From: Methanobacterium sp.
GTDB lineage: Archaea; Methanobacteriota; Methanobacteria; Methanobacteriales; Methanobacteriaceae
DNA length: 64,000 nucleotides
Assembly (NCBI GenBank): GCA_018263005.1
Contig: JADFDH010000006.1
Span: 6,384-70,383 of the forward strand
Direction of reading: 5' to 3'
The notes beneath the pieces were generated by a model, which ran no database searches, had not been told where the DNA came from, and worked only from the letters and a program-made list of their open reading frames with translations. Numbering within the stretch: the first letter of the stretch is position 1; each line of letters begins with the position of its first letter. Positions 7,472-18,402 of the stretch are shown here, in pieces. The position numbers were made by a program, and so were the translations under genes.

Positions 7472-10255
7472 TTGAACAAAAAGCTTATAGCATTAGCTTT
7501 TGCCCTGGTAATGGCAGTTATGCTCAGCGGGGCTGTTGCAGCTGCTGATGAGGATACGGTTGCTGATGACACCTCTTCTGGTGATCTTTTAACCACCACC
7601 TCATCAAACACAGCCTTGCCTGATCCCTATGTTGTGGAAACTGGTATCAGTTACACCACCATACAGGCAGCTATCGACAGCGTGTTCACCCAGGATGGTA
7701 TGACCATCCAAGTAGAGGATGGCACCTACAATGAAGACGTTCTGGTGTGGAAGTCCCTGACTATCGTAGCCGATAATCTATATGGAGCGACGGTAAATTC
7801 GTTCTATATCACCAGCACAGGCAGCGGTTCCACCATTGAAGGATTCTATATTAATGGTGGTACTGGCGAAGCTGTAACCCTCATGGACGCTACCGATTGT
7901 ACCATCAAAAACAACTGGATCACCGGCGGATACAGTGCCGGTGTAGCCCTGGTAAACAGTGACAACAACGACATAACCTATAACGTTATTGATGATTGGG
8001 CATCAGCCAACTACTACGGCATCTACCTAGACAACAGTGACAACAACTGGATATATCAAAACAGTGTAGGAAATTCCACATATGACGGTATCTGGCTATA
8101 CCAATCCGACCTGAACTATATAGACTCCAACAATATCTACTGGAACAGTTTTAACGGAGTTTATCTGGACGAGAGCGATGAAAATAACCTAGAAAACAAC
8201 TACATATGCTGGAACAGTTTTAACGGAGTATATGTAGATGATAGCGATGACAACAATATAGACTATAACTATATCAATGAAAACGGTTTAAACGGTATCT
8301 ATGTCTATAATTCAGTATCCACTGACATCTACAATAACCAAATATATGACAACGGTGCCCAGGGAATCGAAGTACAATACGGCAGTGATTTCCTTATCGG
8401 CGGCTTACTTGGAACTAATGTAATCTACGGCAATGGAGATTATGGTATATACGTTCATGATTCCAGTGATTTCGAAGTATCATATAATACCGTCTATGAC
8501 AACGCATGGGACGGTATAGGAATCTATAACAGTTCAGAATTCGTCGTAAACGTTAATGCGGCCTTTGACAATGTGAATAATGGTATAAACATAGTAGGGT
8601 CATCAGATGTAGATGTAACCGGTAACTACGCATACAGTAACGATGCTGATGGAATACAACTCTACGTTGTTTCCGATGCTTTTGTATACGGTAACAACGC
8701 CGATATCAATGTGTTCGACGGTATTCACATTTACTACTCAGATAATATCCTCGTTGAATGTAACGATGTTAATCTTAACGGCGAGGATGGTATAGATGTG
8801 GTAGACTCTAATTACTTTGACATCCAATACAATTTAATCTATCAAAACGTAGATGATGGAATAGATATCGGAAATTGCGATAATTTCAATGTATTTGACA
8901 ATGACATCTACCAGAACGGAGATGATGGTGCAGATATAAACAACTCTACCTTGTTTGAAGTAAACGACAACTGGATCTATGAAAACGTTGATGATGGTAT
9001 AGACCTAGACACCTGTACCAACGGTCTGATAGACCCCAACTTGATCTATGATAACACTGAATCAGGAATAGAGATGAACGACTGCGAAGCCATAGATATC
9101 GTAAATAATGAAATCTATGGTAACGGTGATTATGGAGTTGGAATCTTTGATTCCAGTGAAATCTCTGTAGATGGTAACATCCTAGATGATAACGAGGATG
9201 GTGTGCATATTGAGGGTAGTTCCTTAATCATTGTGCAAAACAACACTATTAGCAATAATTCTGATGATGGTGTGAGCATAAACTCAAATCTAGTAACCGT
9301 ATTCCAAAACGATATATTCGGAAACGTTTGGGGCGTATGGCTCTGGGGCGATGCCGATGATGTAGATGTGAACTTCAACCGCATTGTGGACAACACTAAC
9401 GTAGATCTGGGATATATTGCAACTGGTGATGTGGACGCTACCTTGAACTGGTGGGGATACAACAACCCAGCTGATGTGGCCACCAGAATAAGCGACACCG
9501 GAACCGGTACTTTAACCTATGATCCTTGGATAGTCTTATCCATAACTGCTAGCCCAGCTAGTGTGGGTATCGGCGGAACCAGTACTATTACTGCTGATCT
9601 GTTATACGACAGCGATGGTATGTATCACAACCCCGTAAATGGTGTTATACCCTATAAGGGATCTGCTAATTTCACAGCCACCACCTTCGGAACCATAACC
9701 AACGCCACTAACTTCAGTAACGGTGTGGCCACCGCTACTCTAACTAACCTGAATGATGCTGGTAACGCTGTGGTTGATTCAACAGTGGACCATCAGACCG
9801 TATCCACAACCGTAGTAGTGGTACCCGGAGCAACTATCGCTCAGATAATCACCGCAGCCGGTGTGGTTAAGGCCTTCTATGAAGCCAATGGCGTACTACC
9901 TGCCACTGTACTGGTAGGTGCGCAGAACCTGACCATGCCCCAGTTCCTGTATCTCTTAGTCACCGCAACTCAGAACGTAAACGTAGGCAACCTTAACCCC
10001 ATAACTGTAATCGCAGTTAACCCAGCACCCGCACCCGGCGGAAGCTACACCCACGGAAACCTCTTAAAAGCATCCTACCTAACCGTAGCCGGTAACATCA
10101 GAAACTTCATACTAACCAACGGACGAGCACCCAACTACGCACAAACCAGCCTCGGTAAAATACCATTCAGCAAACTAGTCTACATGTACAGCAAAGTCAT
10201 GAACTTCTACGGAAACATCATACCCAACAGACTACCCAACTACGTATACATCTAA
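7472..10255 (+). CDS. adhesin-like surface protein paralog 3 (beta-helix repeats, Ig-like domain, pseudomurein-binding repeats)
   Basis: TTG start after AAGGAGG. Signal peptide MNKKLIALAFALVMAVMLSGAVAA. The N-terminal ~200 aa are closest to paralog 1 and the C-terminal ~155 aa closest to paralog 2. Confidence 0.85.
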   Translation: MNKKLIALAFALVMAVMLSGAVAAADEDTVADDTSSGDLLTTTSSNTALPDPYVVETGISYTTIQAAIDSVFTQDGMTIQVEDGTYNEDVLVWKSLTIVADNLYGATVNSFYITSTGSGSTIEGFYINGGTGEAVTLMDATDCTIKNNWITGGYSAGVALVNSDNNDITYNVIDDWASANYYGIYLDNSDNNWIYQNSVGNSTYDGIWLYQSDLNYIDSNNIYWNSFNGVYLDESDENNLENNYICWNSFNGVYVDDSDDNNIDYNYINENGLNGIYVYNSVSTDIYNNQIYDNGAQGIEVQYGSDFLIGGLLGTNVIYGNGDYGIYVHDSSDFEVSYNTVYDNAWDGIGIYNSSEFVVNVNAAFDNVNNGINIVGSSDVDVTGNYAYSNDADGIQLYVVSDAFVYGNNADINVFDGIHIYYSDNILVECNDVNLNGEDGIDVVDSNYFDIQYNLIYQNVDDGIDIGNCDNFNVFDNDIYQNGDDGADINNSTLFEVNDNWIYENVDDGIDLDTCTNGLIDPNLIYDNTESGIEMNDCEAIDIVNNEIYGNGDYGVGIFDSSEISVDGNILDDNEDGVHIEGSSLIIVQNNTISNNSDDGVSINSNLVTVFQNDIFGNVWGVWLWGDADDVDVNFNRIVDNTNVDLGYIATGDVDATLNWWGYNNPADVATRISDTGTGTLTYDPWIVLSITASPASVGIGGTSTITADLLYDSDGMYHNPVNGVIPYKGSANFTATTFGTITNATNFSNGVATATLTNLNDAGNAVVDSTVDHQTVSTTVVVVPGATIAQIITAAGVVKAFYEANGVLPATVLVGAQNLTMPQFLYLLVTATQNVNVGNLNPITVIAVNPAPAPGGSYTHGNLLKASYLTVAGNIRNFILTNGRAPNYAQTSLGKIPFSKLVYMYSKVMNFYGNIIPNRLPNYVYI

Positions 10256-10285
10256 AACTAAATTAAAAATGGAATAAAACAAATA

Positions 10286-10312
10286 TTTCCCCTTTTTATT
10301 TTTTTATTTTTT
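10286..10312 (+). terminator. oligo-T terminator after adhesin-like gene 3
   Basis: TTTCCCCTTTTTATTTTTTTATTTTTT. Confidence 0.45.
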
Positions 10313-10451
10313 AAGAAATGATCTAAATTTTCATTCTATATCTGCTTTTAAGATTTATCACAATATCAACGGTTGATTTTCATTTTCGATAATATATAAA
10401 TAGTAATAAAGTGAGAATTATATCTATATAAATATTTTAGTAGTTAATAGG

Positions 10452-10868
10452 GTGATAATGTTGAGAATTCCGAAAAATGTCCAAATTGGTTTAATAATTG
10501 CAGTTCTTTGTTGTATTGTAGCTGTTTCTGGATGTACTTCCAACAATACTACGACCAAGAACAATACGAGTTCTAATAATTCAGATTCAAATCCACAAGC
10601 TTCAAGTGAGATTCTTATTGTGGTTGATTATGCTGGTAGTTGGGCGGTTGATGTAAGTGGTGCTTTCGGATATCGTTCATTTTCAGGAACAGGAAGTCAA
10701 ACCAATAACATAGGAACTGTGAGTGGAACTGTAACTGCTGCCGCTCGCAAAACTGACAACGGTAATGGTCTTTTAACCGTTTCCATAACTAAAGATGGGA
10801 AAACACTAGCCTCACAGAGCACATCATACCCCTATGGAGGGGCAACGGCAGTGGCCACAGGGATCTAA
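10452..10868 (+). CDS. small secreted or lipoprotein-like protein, unknown function
   Basis: Hydrophobic N-terminus ending in VSGC. This is followed by an N/S/T-rich linker and a Gly/Ser/Thr-rich beta-type domain. The start is ambiguous (GTG 10452, ATG 10458). Confidence 0.45.
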   Translation: MIMLRIPKNVQIGLIIAVLCCIVAVSGCTSNNTTTKNNTSSNNSDSNPQASSEILIVVDYAGSWAVDVSGAFGYRSFSGTGSQTNNIGTVSGTVTAAARKTDNGNGLLTVSITKDGKTLASQSTSYPYGGATAVATGI

Positions 10869-11232
10869 AATCCCCATCCACCCTTTTTAAAACAAGTATA
10901 CAATGAGTCCTAAGGAACGTTTGATCATTACTTTCCTGCTTTTTTTACTGGTTTTAATGATTATAAACCTGGTATTTTTCCTGATTAAATAGAAAAAGCA
11001 TTATTAGAATCAAAGAGTTGATATCTCCAAACTCATTAAAATCTATGATAATATCTCAAAACTCATTAAACTCCAAGAGTGTATTGAAAAACTCTTTAAA
11101 ATATGAATTTAGGTTATGTATTTAAAAAATAGTTATTTCATCTCAATTAATCAAAAAATTATCATCTTAAAAAAAAAATAGTGGAAGATTCATCCCCCAA
11201 ATAAGTAAGGGAATGAACCATTTATTTTCTAT

Positions 11233-13611
11233 TTATACTCCTGCCCCGCCTGAGAGGGAGCTGGCATCCATACCCAAGAGCATGGGTTTTGGAAGTTCTA
11301 TGCCGATGGTTTCCTTGATCACGTCCTCCACGGTTTCCACCAGGACGAATTCCAGTTCATCTTTAACATCAGCAGGGATATCGTCCAGGTCTTTCTCATT
11401 ATCATGGGGTAGTATTACTCTTTTTATTCCAGCTCGATGGGCGGCTAATACCTTCTCTTTTATCCCTCCCACAGGGAGCACAGCTCCCCGGAGTGATATT
11501 TCCCCGGTCATGGCCAGTTTAGGATCAACTTCCCTTCCGGTGACCAGGGATGCTATGGTGGTTAAAAGGGCTACACCTGCAGATGGTCCGTCTTTGGGTA
11601 TTGCTCCAGAGGGTACGTGAATGTGCAGGTCCTTCTTATCGAATTCCACCCGTTTAAGACTTAATGCTAATCTGGAGCGGATTAGGCTCTCTGAGATCTT
11701 AGCAGATTCCTTCATCACATCCCCTAATTGTCCGGTGAGGGTTAATTTTCCTGCACCCGGCATGAAAGCTCCTTCTATGAATAGTATATCTCCACCTACC
11801 GGGGTCCAGGCTAATCCGGTCACCACTCCTGGTGGGTTGTTTTTTCCGGCCTGGTTTATCTGGGTTAGTTCATGGCCCAGTATGTCATAGAGCATGTTTT
11901 TCTGTACTTTGTAGGGGAGTTCTACATTTCCTAGAACCACTTTTTCAGATGCTACCCTGGCCACGGCGGATAACTGTCTTTTAAGTCCTCTTACTCCGGC
12001 TTCTCTGGTGTATTTTTCGATGATGGTCTTGATGGCCTGATCCTCTATTTGTAGCTGTTCCTCTGTTAGTCCATGTTCTTCCAGCACTTCTTCTATTAAG
12101 TGTTTGCGGGCTATGATGAACTTCTCATGGCTGGTGTAGCTTCCGATCTCTATGGTTTCCATTCGATCCCTTAATGGTGCTGGTATTCCCCTTAATGTGT
12201 TGGCTGTGCCTATGAAGAACACGTCGGATAGGTCATAGGGGACTTCCAGGTAGTGGTCGGAGAAGGTGTTGTTCTGTTCCGGGTCCAGCACTTCCAATAG
12301 GGCGCTGGCTGGGTCGCCACTGTAGGAGGCCATTAGTTTATCCACCTCGTCCAGTATAAAGACGGGGTTTTTACTACCGGCTCTTCTCATTCCCTGGATG
12401 ATCCTACCCGGCAGGGCTCCTACGTAGGTTCTGCGGTGTCCTCTGATTTCTGCTTCATCTTTAACTCCGCCTAGACTGATCCGTACGTATTCCCTTCCTA
12501 ATGCCTCGGCTATGCTCTTGCCCAGGCTGGTTTTACCTGTTCCGGGAGGTCCGGCTAATAGTAGTATGGATCCTTGTTTGTTCTGTTTGAGTTTCATCAC
12601 TGTTAGGTGCTGGATGATGCGGTCTTTCACCTTATCCAGTCCATAGTGCTGCTGGTCCAGTACTTTCCGGGCTTCTTCTATGTCTATATCTTTAATCTGG
12701 CTTTCTTTCCAGGGCAGGTCCACCAGCAGGTCTAGGTAGTTTCGGATAACGTTTTCCTCGGAACTGTGACTTCCCTGTCTTTCCAGTTTGTCCACTTCCT
12801 GCAGGGCTACTTCATTAACATCCTCTGGCATGTTGGCTTCTTCTATTAATTCACGGTAATCTTTTTTACCGGATTTGCCTTCTGATTCGTTGAGTTCTTC
12901 CTGTATAGCTTTGAGCTGTTCTTTGAGCATGGTTTCTCTGTGTTTCTTGTTCATTTCATCGTTGAATTTGGCGGCTATTTCCATCTGGAATTGGATGGAT
13001 GCTTTCTGTTCTATGAGTATGTCCAGGAATTTTAGACTTTTTTCTTTTAGGGAGGTTATTTCCAGTAATTCCTGCTTCTCTGATGGGGATATTCTCATAT
13101 AGGGGAATAGGTATGCTATGATGTGTGTTATATCATCCATATGGTTGACCTTTTCCACGTAGGCCTGTGCTCCTTTGAAATTTTCACTTATCTCCCGGAC
13201 TAGATGGCGGATGTGTCCCAGGATTTCCTGTTCTTCTTCCTGTGTTAGATCATTTATATCCGGTATTGTCTGGTAGGTTGCTTTGAAATTACCTTTATCC
13301 TGTATTAGTTCTTTTATTTCTACTCTTTCCAGGATCTGTATTTTCATGTGGTACAGGTCCTTCATTTCCCTGGCTTTTTCAACTTTAATTAAGGTTCCTA
13401 TTTTATGAAAATCAGATTCTATGTATAATCCTTCCACATGGTCTTCTTTAACTGCCAGGATGATGCCGTAGAAATCATCTTCAGACAATCTGTTGTAGAA
13501 TTCTCGGCCGATTTCTTTATTTATTTTAAGGTTTATATCAGTTTTCTGTAGATATACCGTATGAGGTATAACTATTACTGATAATTCTTGGTTTATGTTG
13601 GTTTCTTTCAT
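11233..13611 (-). CDS. lon: ATP-dependent Lon protease, bacterial LonA architecture (LON N-domain + AAA+ + Ser-Lys protease)
   Basis: 792 aa. It has an N-terminal substrate-binding domain of about 200 aa plus a coiled coil. Walker [10 protein letters not shown]. Protease motifs [10 protein letters not shown] (catalytic Ser) and [14 protein letters not shown] (catalytic Lys). There are no transmembrane insertions of the archaeal LonB type. Confidence 0.9.
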   Translation of the reverse strand: MKETNINQELSVIVIPHTVYLQKTDINLKINKEIGREFYNRLSEDDFYGIILAVKEDHVEGLYIESDFHKIGTLIKVEKAREMKDLYHMKIQILERVEIKELIQDKGNFKATYQTIPDINDLTQEEEQEILGHIRHLVREISENFKGAQAYVEKVNHMDDITHIIAYLFPYMRISPSEKQELLEITSLKEKSLKFLDILIEQKASIQFQMEIAAKFNDEMNKKHRETMLKEQLKAIQEELNESEGKSGKKDYRELIEEANMPEDVNEVALQEVDKLERQGSHSSEENVIRNYLDLLVDLPWKESQIKDIDIEEARKVLDQQHYGLDKVKDRIIQHLTVMKLKQNKQGSILLLAGPPGTGKTSLGKSIAEALGREYVRISLGGVKDEAEIRGHRRTYVGALPGRIIQGMRRAGSKNPVFILDEVDKLMASYSGDPASALLEVLDPEQNNTFSDHYLEVPYDLSDVFFIGTANTLRGIPAPLRDRMETIEIGSYTSHEKFIIARKHLIEEVLEEHGLTEEQLQIEDQAIKTIIEKYTREAGVRGLKRQLSAVARVASEKVVLGNVELPYKVQKNMLYDILGHELTQINQAGKNNPPGVVTGLAWTPVGGDILFIEGAFMPGAGKLTLTGQLGDVMKESAKISESLIRSRLALSLKRVEFDKKDLHIHVPSGAIPKDGPSAGVALLTTIASLVTGREVDPKLAMTGEISLRGAVLPVGGIKEKVLAAHRAGIKRVILPHDNEKDLDDIPADVKDELEFVLVETVEDVIKETIGIELPKPMLLGMDASSLSGGAGV

Positions 13612-13795
13612 ATTATCACAGGATAAATGATTTATTGATCCTTATTTACTTAATCTAATAATTATGGGGTGTTGTTTTATTATTTTTTAATTTTGATGAT
13701 GGTTTTTTTATGTTTTAATGATGATATTTTAATTAAAAAAAAATTTAAGCGTGAATTTATGGTTTTATTTGATTACTTGTTTAAACCATTTTTTT

Positions 13796-14152
13796 TTAAT
13801 CATCTCTATATCTTGGTTCTATTTTTTCACATTTCAATAGAAGGCATCCGAATAAGAAATCTATTTTTTCTTTATGTTCCACAAGGGCTTGCTCATTGAA
13901 TGTGTAATATATGTAGTTTCCCTGTTTTTTGGCGTTGAGTATCTTAGCTGTTTTCAGCACCTTTAAATGTTGGGAGGCTGCTGGTTGGGTTAAACCCATT
14001 ATACGGGCCATATCTGTAACGCTGACCTTCTCCATTTCACCTGAGGCTAATCTGTAGATTAAAAGCAATCGGTTAATATTTCCCAGTGCTTTAAATAGTT
14101 CTTCCAGATCTTCGGATAAATCTGAGCATCTTTGGGGATTAACCTTCAACAT
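13796..14152 (-). CDS. ArsR/SmtB-family winged-helix transcriptional regulator
   Basis: LGNINRLLLIYRL....VSVTDMARIMGLTQPAASQHLKVLKTAKILNAKKQGNYIYYTF matches the ArsR HTH and wing pattern. Confidence 0.8.
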   Translation of the reverse strand: MLKVNPQRCSDLSEDLEELFKALGNINRLLLIYRLASGEMEKVSVTDMARIMGLTQPAASQHLKVLKTAKILNAKKQGNYIYYTFNEQALVEHKEKIDFLFGCLLLKCEKIEPRYRDD

Positions 14153-14159
14153 ATAACAT

Positions 14160-14187
14160 AAGTATATAAGAATATGCTTATATACTT
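14160..14187. promoter_or_regulatory. perfect 11-bp inverted repeat overlapping TATA-like sequence just upstream of the ArsR gene (candidate operator/promoter)
   Basis: AAGTATATAAG-aatatg-CTTATATACTT lies 8-35 nt upstream of the ATG at 14152. Confidence 0.5.
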
Positions 14188-14284
14188 TTCTGTTTTAGAA
14201 ATAATATCAATGAAAATTTGAGACTAAAAATTATCTAAAAAAAAATAAAAAAACCAGTTTATTGGACAAAAAAATAAACCCACT

Positions 14285-15964
14285 TCATTTATGGGCGAAA
14301 TAGAAAGTCAACTTTCCACCCTCTAAACTATCTAAACGGGCGAATCCCACTCTTTCCAATTGAACCACATCACCAACTCTAATTTCCCGAGATTCTGGTT
14401 CAATTAAACCATTTGAAACACTGGCATCAGGCATAACTAACTCTACCTGATAATTGGATGAAGAAGGCACCCAATGTACAATCCTAGCATCTGATTTACG
14501 AGCCTCCTCCAGGGAAGCGCTGTGATAGGTAACTTCATCACCTATGAATATATTCACCGCATCCATAAGCCTTACAACTTTATCCCTATTATTATCAAGA
14601 TCTTCCTGGCCGAGATAGACCGCCCCATCAAAGTATAGTTCCCTAAACCCGGCTTCCGGGAAATCAGGGTGCTTTAAACGTTCTATATTGCCTTTTAATA
14701 CTTCGGGAAGGCCCTTTATCTCAACTTTCTCTGGATTTAAAACGGCGAAGTAACGGTTGCTTTTATCTTCCAGTAAATTCCGGTTCAAACCATATATCTT
14801 CTTCCAACTCACCGTAGAATCGGCTATTTTCACTCCTATCTCCAGCATCAGCTCCTCTATAGCTCCCTGCATTATTCCCCTGCGAGCTATGGCCCTGATG
14901 GTACCCAGCCGAGGGTCATCCCAACCAGAATAAACACCTTCCTCTATGCCTTTACGGGCCTGGGATGTGCTTAAGGCAATATCCTCCATTTTCAAACGAC
15001 CGTAATGGATGAACTCCGGGATTTTCCAGGAGAAGTGCTGGTAGAGGTACTTCTGCTTTTCACTGTTGGCCAGATGGTCCTTACCACGCAGCACATGGGT
15101 TACACCCATAAGATGGTCGTCCACCGCCACAGAGAAGTTCATCATAGGATAAACCCTAAAATCACCACCTATTCGGGGGTGTTTCTCTTCTACTATCCGC
15201 ATAGCCACCCAATCCCTGATAGCAGGGTTTTTATGATTAAGATCTGTTTTAACCCTTAAAACCGCTTCCCCCTCACTCATATCCGGCATCTTCTTCCAGA
15301 GTTCTAGATTCTCCTCCAGTGACAGGTCCCTGCAAGGACAGGCTTGATTTTGATCCTTTAACTTCTTGAACTCATCTCCAGGACAGATACACATATAAGC
15401 CTGGTCTAATCTGATTAATTCCTCAGCATACTGATGATATATCTCCAACCGGTCGCTCTGGATGTATAACTCCTGCCATTCAGTCTTCAACCATTCCAGA
15501 TCCTCAGGTATCATCTGATATGCATCTGGGTCTACTCTACGGGGGTCTGTGTCCTCCACTCTTAAGATCAGCTTACCTCCGTAGCGTTTAACATATTCCT
15601 GGTTTAAACAGGCAGCCCGGGCATGGCCTATATGTAATGGTCCGCTGGGATTAGGGGCAAACCTTAAAACCACCTCACCCTCCACTCCAGGAAGGTCGCT
15701 TAGTCCTTTTTCTTGGGTTTTTTTCTCTTTTTTAGTTTCCTGAACTCCCAGTTTGGATAGTTCCATTTTCTGTTCTTCTAAGCTCATGTTATTAACTTTC
15801 TCCACCATTTCTGAGCTTAGTATAAGGATTTTCTGGGGGTCTTTGCGTAGTTCGGCGTGGCTCGCCATGATCACACCCATTACTGCCTTACTATGGGCCT
15901 GGCCCTTATGATTAACCGCATTTAAAAGGGTATATTGGTATATGAGTTTTCGAGTTTCTTCCAT
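14285..15964 (-). CDS. gltX: glutamyl-tRNA synthetase (archaeal type)
   Basis: Class I HIGH motif in PNPSGPLHIGHARAA. The length and overall pattern match archaeal GluRS. Confidence 0.9.
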   Translation of the reverse strand: MEETRKLIYQYTLLNAVNHKGQAHSKAVMGVIMASHAELRKDPQKILILSSEMVEKVNNMSLEEQKMELSKLGVQETKKEKKTQEKGLSDLPGVEGEVVLRFAPNPSGPLHIGHARAACLNQEYVKRYGGKLILRVEDTDPRRVDPDAYQMIPEDLEWLKTEWQELYIQSDRLEIYHQYAEELIRLDQAYMCICPGDEFKKLKDQNQACPCRDLSLEENLELWKKMPDMSEGEAVLRVKTDLNHKNPAIRDWVAMRIVEEKHPRIGGDFRVYPMMNFSVAVDDHLMGVTHVLRGKDHLANSEKQKYLYQHFSWKIPEFIHYGRLKMEDIALSTSQARKGIEEGVYSGWDDPRLGTIRAIARRGIMQGAIEELMLEIGVKIADSTVSWKKIYGLNRNLLEDKSNRYFAVLNPEKVEIKGLPEVLKGNIERLKHPDFPEAGFRELYFDGAVYLGQEDLDNNRDKVVRLMDAVNIFIGDEVTYHSASLEEARKSDARIVHWVPSSSNYQVELVMPDASVSNGLIEPESREIRVGDVVQLERVGFARLDSLEGGKLTFYFAHK

Positions 15965-16046
15965 AAAAATACAACCAAATACTAATCATTGCCTGCTATG
16001 ATAAAAATATAAATATTTAAAAAAATGTTAAAATAATATAATAATT

Positions 16047-17066
16047 TTAATTACTGCGCTGTAACATGTAATCTGCCAGTAATAATAGAGCCTCTTTTGT
16101 CTTTGAATCATCCACCACATCCAATAATTTTTTTGCCCTTTCCACATTTTCCAGGGCTATATCCCTGGTGTAATTTATGGACCCATACTTATTGAAGATG
16201 TTAATGGCCTTCTCCACTATTTCTTCATCACTATAATCAGTATTATCAGAACTATTAAGCAGGGAAATGAGTGTCTCTTTATCCTCTGCTGATGCACGGG
16301 ATAATGTGTGAACCACCATAAGTGTCATTTTACCCTCTACAATATCACTACCCACTGGCTTGCCCAGTTCTTCTGCATCGCTTACCACATCCAGATAATC
16401 ATCCTGTATCTGGAATGCCATGCCTATCAGTTTTCCATATTCTGCCAGTGCCTCTATCTGTTCTTCACTGCCACCGCCGAGTATAGCCCCTGATTTGGTC
16501 GCTGCGGCAATTAAGGCTGCGGTTTTTTTATAGATCATGTTCAGATATTCACTCTCTGATACATCCATTTTTCCTTCAAATCCCATGTCACAGGCCTGTC
16601 CTTCACAGATCTTAATACAGGCATCCACCACTGTGTTCAATGCTTTGATCACCTGCTGGGAGGGTATGTCTTCTTCATGGGTCTGGGCTACCAGTTCAAA
16701 TGCCAGGGAAAAAAGAGTATCACCGGCGAGTATGGCCATTGGTTCTCCCCATATGGTGTGTACTGCAGGTAATCCTCTTCTCATTTCATCCTCATCCATT
16801 ATATCATCATGGATCAGGCTGAAAGTATGGATCAGTTCCACAGCTGCCGCTGTTTTATAGGCGCCTTCCGTCCTGCCGCCCACTGCTTCAGCACTTAAAA
16901 GTACCAATGAAGGTCTTATCTTCTTTCCACCAGCTTTTATAAGATGTTTAGATGCATCATAAAGATTTTTAGGATCAACAGTTCCTAATGATTTATTTAT
17001 TTCCTCATCAACACCTGCTGAATATTTTTTCAGTATATCTAAAACTTCCAAATCATATCCCTCCAT
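16047..17066 (-). CDS. idsA: geranylgeranyl diphosphate (short-chain isoprenyl diphosphate) synthase
   Basis: First Asp-rich motif [12 protein letters not shown] and second motif QDDYLD. The start is placed at MEGYDLEVL (ATG 17066), which overlaps the RNase J 3' end by 14 nt. The longer ORF-track start would run deep into RNase J. Confidence 0.85.
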   Translation of the reverse strand: MEGYDLEVLDILKKYSAGVDEEINKSLGTVDPKNLYDASKHLIKAGGKKIRPSLVLLSAEAVGGRTEGAYKTAAAVELIHTFSLIHDDIMDEDEMRRGLPAVHTIWGEPMAILAGDTLFSLAFELVAQTHEEDIPSQQVIKALNTVVDACIKICEGQACDMGFEGKMDVSESEYLNMIYKKTAALIAAATKSGAILGGGSEEQIEALAEYGKLIGMAFQIQDDYLDVVSDAEELGKPVGSDIVEGKMTLMVVHTLSRASAEDKETLISLLNSSDNTDYSDEEIVEKAINIFNKYGSINYTRDIALENVERAKKLLDVVDDSKTKEALLLLADYMLQRSN

Positions 17067-18402
17067 TAAAAACCTGTGCCTGTCCATTACGCAGTAAATG
17101 AATATTATTTCCCATCTTATAACCTTCTTCCTCTGCCAGTTCAGTGTAAGCTGCCAGCATCTCCAGATCACCATGGGCGGGGATTATATGCTCCGGGTTC
17201 AGCATCCGGATGAAGTCCCGGTGATCTTCTCTTCCAGCATGTCCAGAAACGTGCAAATTAGGATATATTCTAGCCCCGCTGGATTTAAGCCTTCTCTCCA
17301 TGACATTTCTGTTGGCTATGTTCATGGGACTGGGAATTATAGGTGCCGATATTAGAACATTATCCCCTGGCCTTACATGGAAATTGGTTTTAGCATTGGC
17401 AATACGAGGCAGTAGAGCATCAACTTCACCCTGATGTCCGGTGGTCACCAGGAGAAAGTCTTCTCTTTTTTCCTCAGCCCGGGCCAGAGCCCGGTTAACC
17501 GCCTTAGGACTTCCGTAGATACTGGCTGTTTCTGGGAGGTTTAGAATCTTCAGTTTCTCAGCAATACTGCCAAAACGCTCCATTGATCGGCCTAAGAGTA
17601 GGATCTGTCTGTCGCTTTGATCAGCAATGTTACAAATAGCCTGAATACGTTCTATATGAGATGAGAATGTGGTGATTAGCATTCCCTCCTTTTCGGTTAA
17701 AGCCTGCTCCATCACATCCTGTAAAACCAGACGGGCAACCTTTTCCGAGTGTGTTTTGACCTCCTGTTCTTCGGTCATCCTGGTGGTTTCCACTATTAAG
17801 GCCAGTACACCATTTCTGCCCAGCTCCCTCAGTCTTTGATAATCTGGTGGGGAGGATAACATCTGATGGTTATCAAATTTGAAATCATTAGCATATACTA
17901 TGATACCCTCTGATGTATGTAATGCTGCGTTAACAGTCTGAGGAAGACTATGGGTGGTGTTTACAAATTCAAGGGTTACATCAGGGGATAATTGTATCTT
18001 CTCCCCGGGGTTTAATATCTGCAAGGGATTGCTTACCTTGAATTTCTTCTCGGATTTGATGGTTTTCTCTATGAGGCCCATGGTATATGGTGTGCCGATG
18101 AGTGGTGCCTCATACCGGTGGGCCAGTTTCCCTACTGCCCCTATATGATCCAGGTGACCGTGGGTGAATACAATGGCCCTTACCTTACCATCAACCTCCT
18201 TCATCAGAGTATCATCGGGTATTATCCCTCTTTCTATGAGGTCTAAACTGTGCATTCTGGCCATATCTGTATCTTCATGTATATGCACCCGATCCAGATG
18301 TATGCCCATATCGAATATTACCACGTCTTCACCGATCTTAACTGCGGACATGTTCTTACCCACTTCTTCATATCCACCTATGGCTATTACTTCAACACTC
18401 AT
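17053..18402 (-). CDS. rnj: archaeal RNase J (metallo-beta-lactamase / beta-CASP ribonuclease)
   Basis: Metallo-beta-lactamase motif [11 protein letters not shown]. 449 aa with a beta-CASP-type C-terminal half ([10 protein letters not shown]). Confidence 0.8.
   Translation of the reverse strand: MSVEVIAIGGYEEVGKNMSAVKIGEDVVIFDMGIHLDRVHIHEDTDMARMHSLDLIERGIIPDDTLMKEVDGKVRAIVFTHGHLDHIGAVGKLAHRYEAPLIGTPYTMGLIEKTIKSEKKFKVSNPLQILNPGEKIQLSPDVTLEFVNTTHSLPQTVNAALHTSEGIIVYANDFKFDNHQMLSSPPDYQRLRELGRNGVLALIVETTRMTEEQEVKTHSEKVARLVLQDVMEQALTEKEGMLITTFSSHIERIQAICNIADQSDRQILLLGRSMERFGSIAEKLKILNLPETASIYGSPKAVNRALARAEEKREDFLLVTTGHQGEVDALLPRIANAKTNFHVRPGDNVLISAPIIPSPMNIANRNVMERRLKSSGARIYPNLHVSGHAGREDHRDFIRMLNPEHIIPAHGDLEMLAAYTELAEEEGYKMGNNIHLLRNGQAQVFNGGI

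Noticed and set aside
10903-10992. A 29-aa hydrophobic micro-ORF (MSPKERLIITFLLFLLVLMIINLVFFLIK) after the small secreted-protein gene.
   Set aside because: It has no SD and no conservation evidence available, and it is too short to support from sequence alone.
11213-13102. Plus-strand ORFs opposite lon (11213-11620, 11621-11890, 12875-13102).
   Set aside because: These are shadow ORFs of a strongly supported 792-aa Lon gene. They are Ser/Pro-rich nonsense translations.
16047-17174. The long N-terminal extension of the idsA ORF, and similar extensions for rpoD (to 28215), rpl15 (to 35559), rpl6 (to 38867), rpl19e, rpl32e, rpl24, rps17, rpl23, adk, eno and birA.
   Set aside because: The extensions overlap the upstream gene or AT-rich spacer, lack an SD and are not part of the conserved protein. 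Internal starts with proper SD spacing were used instead.
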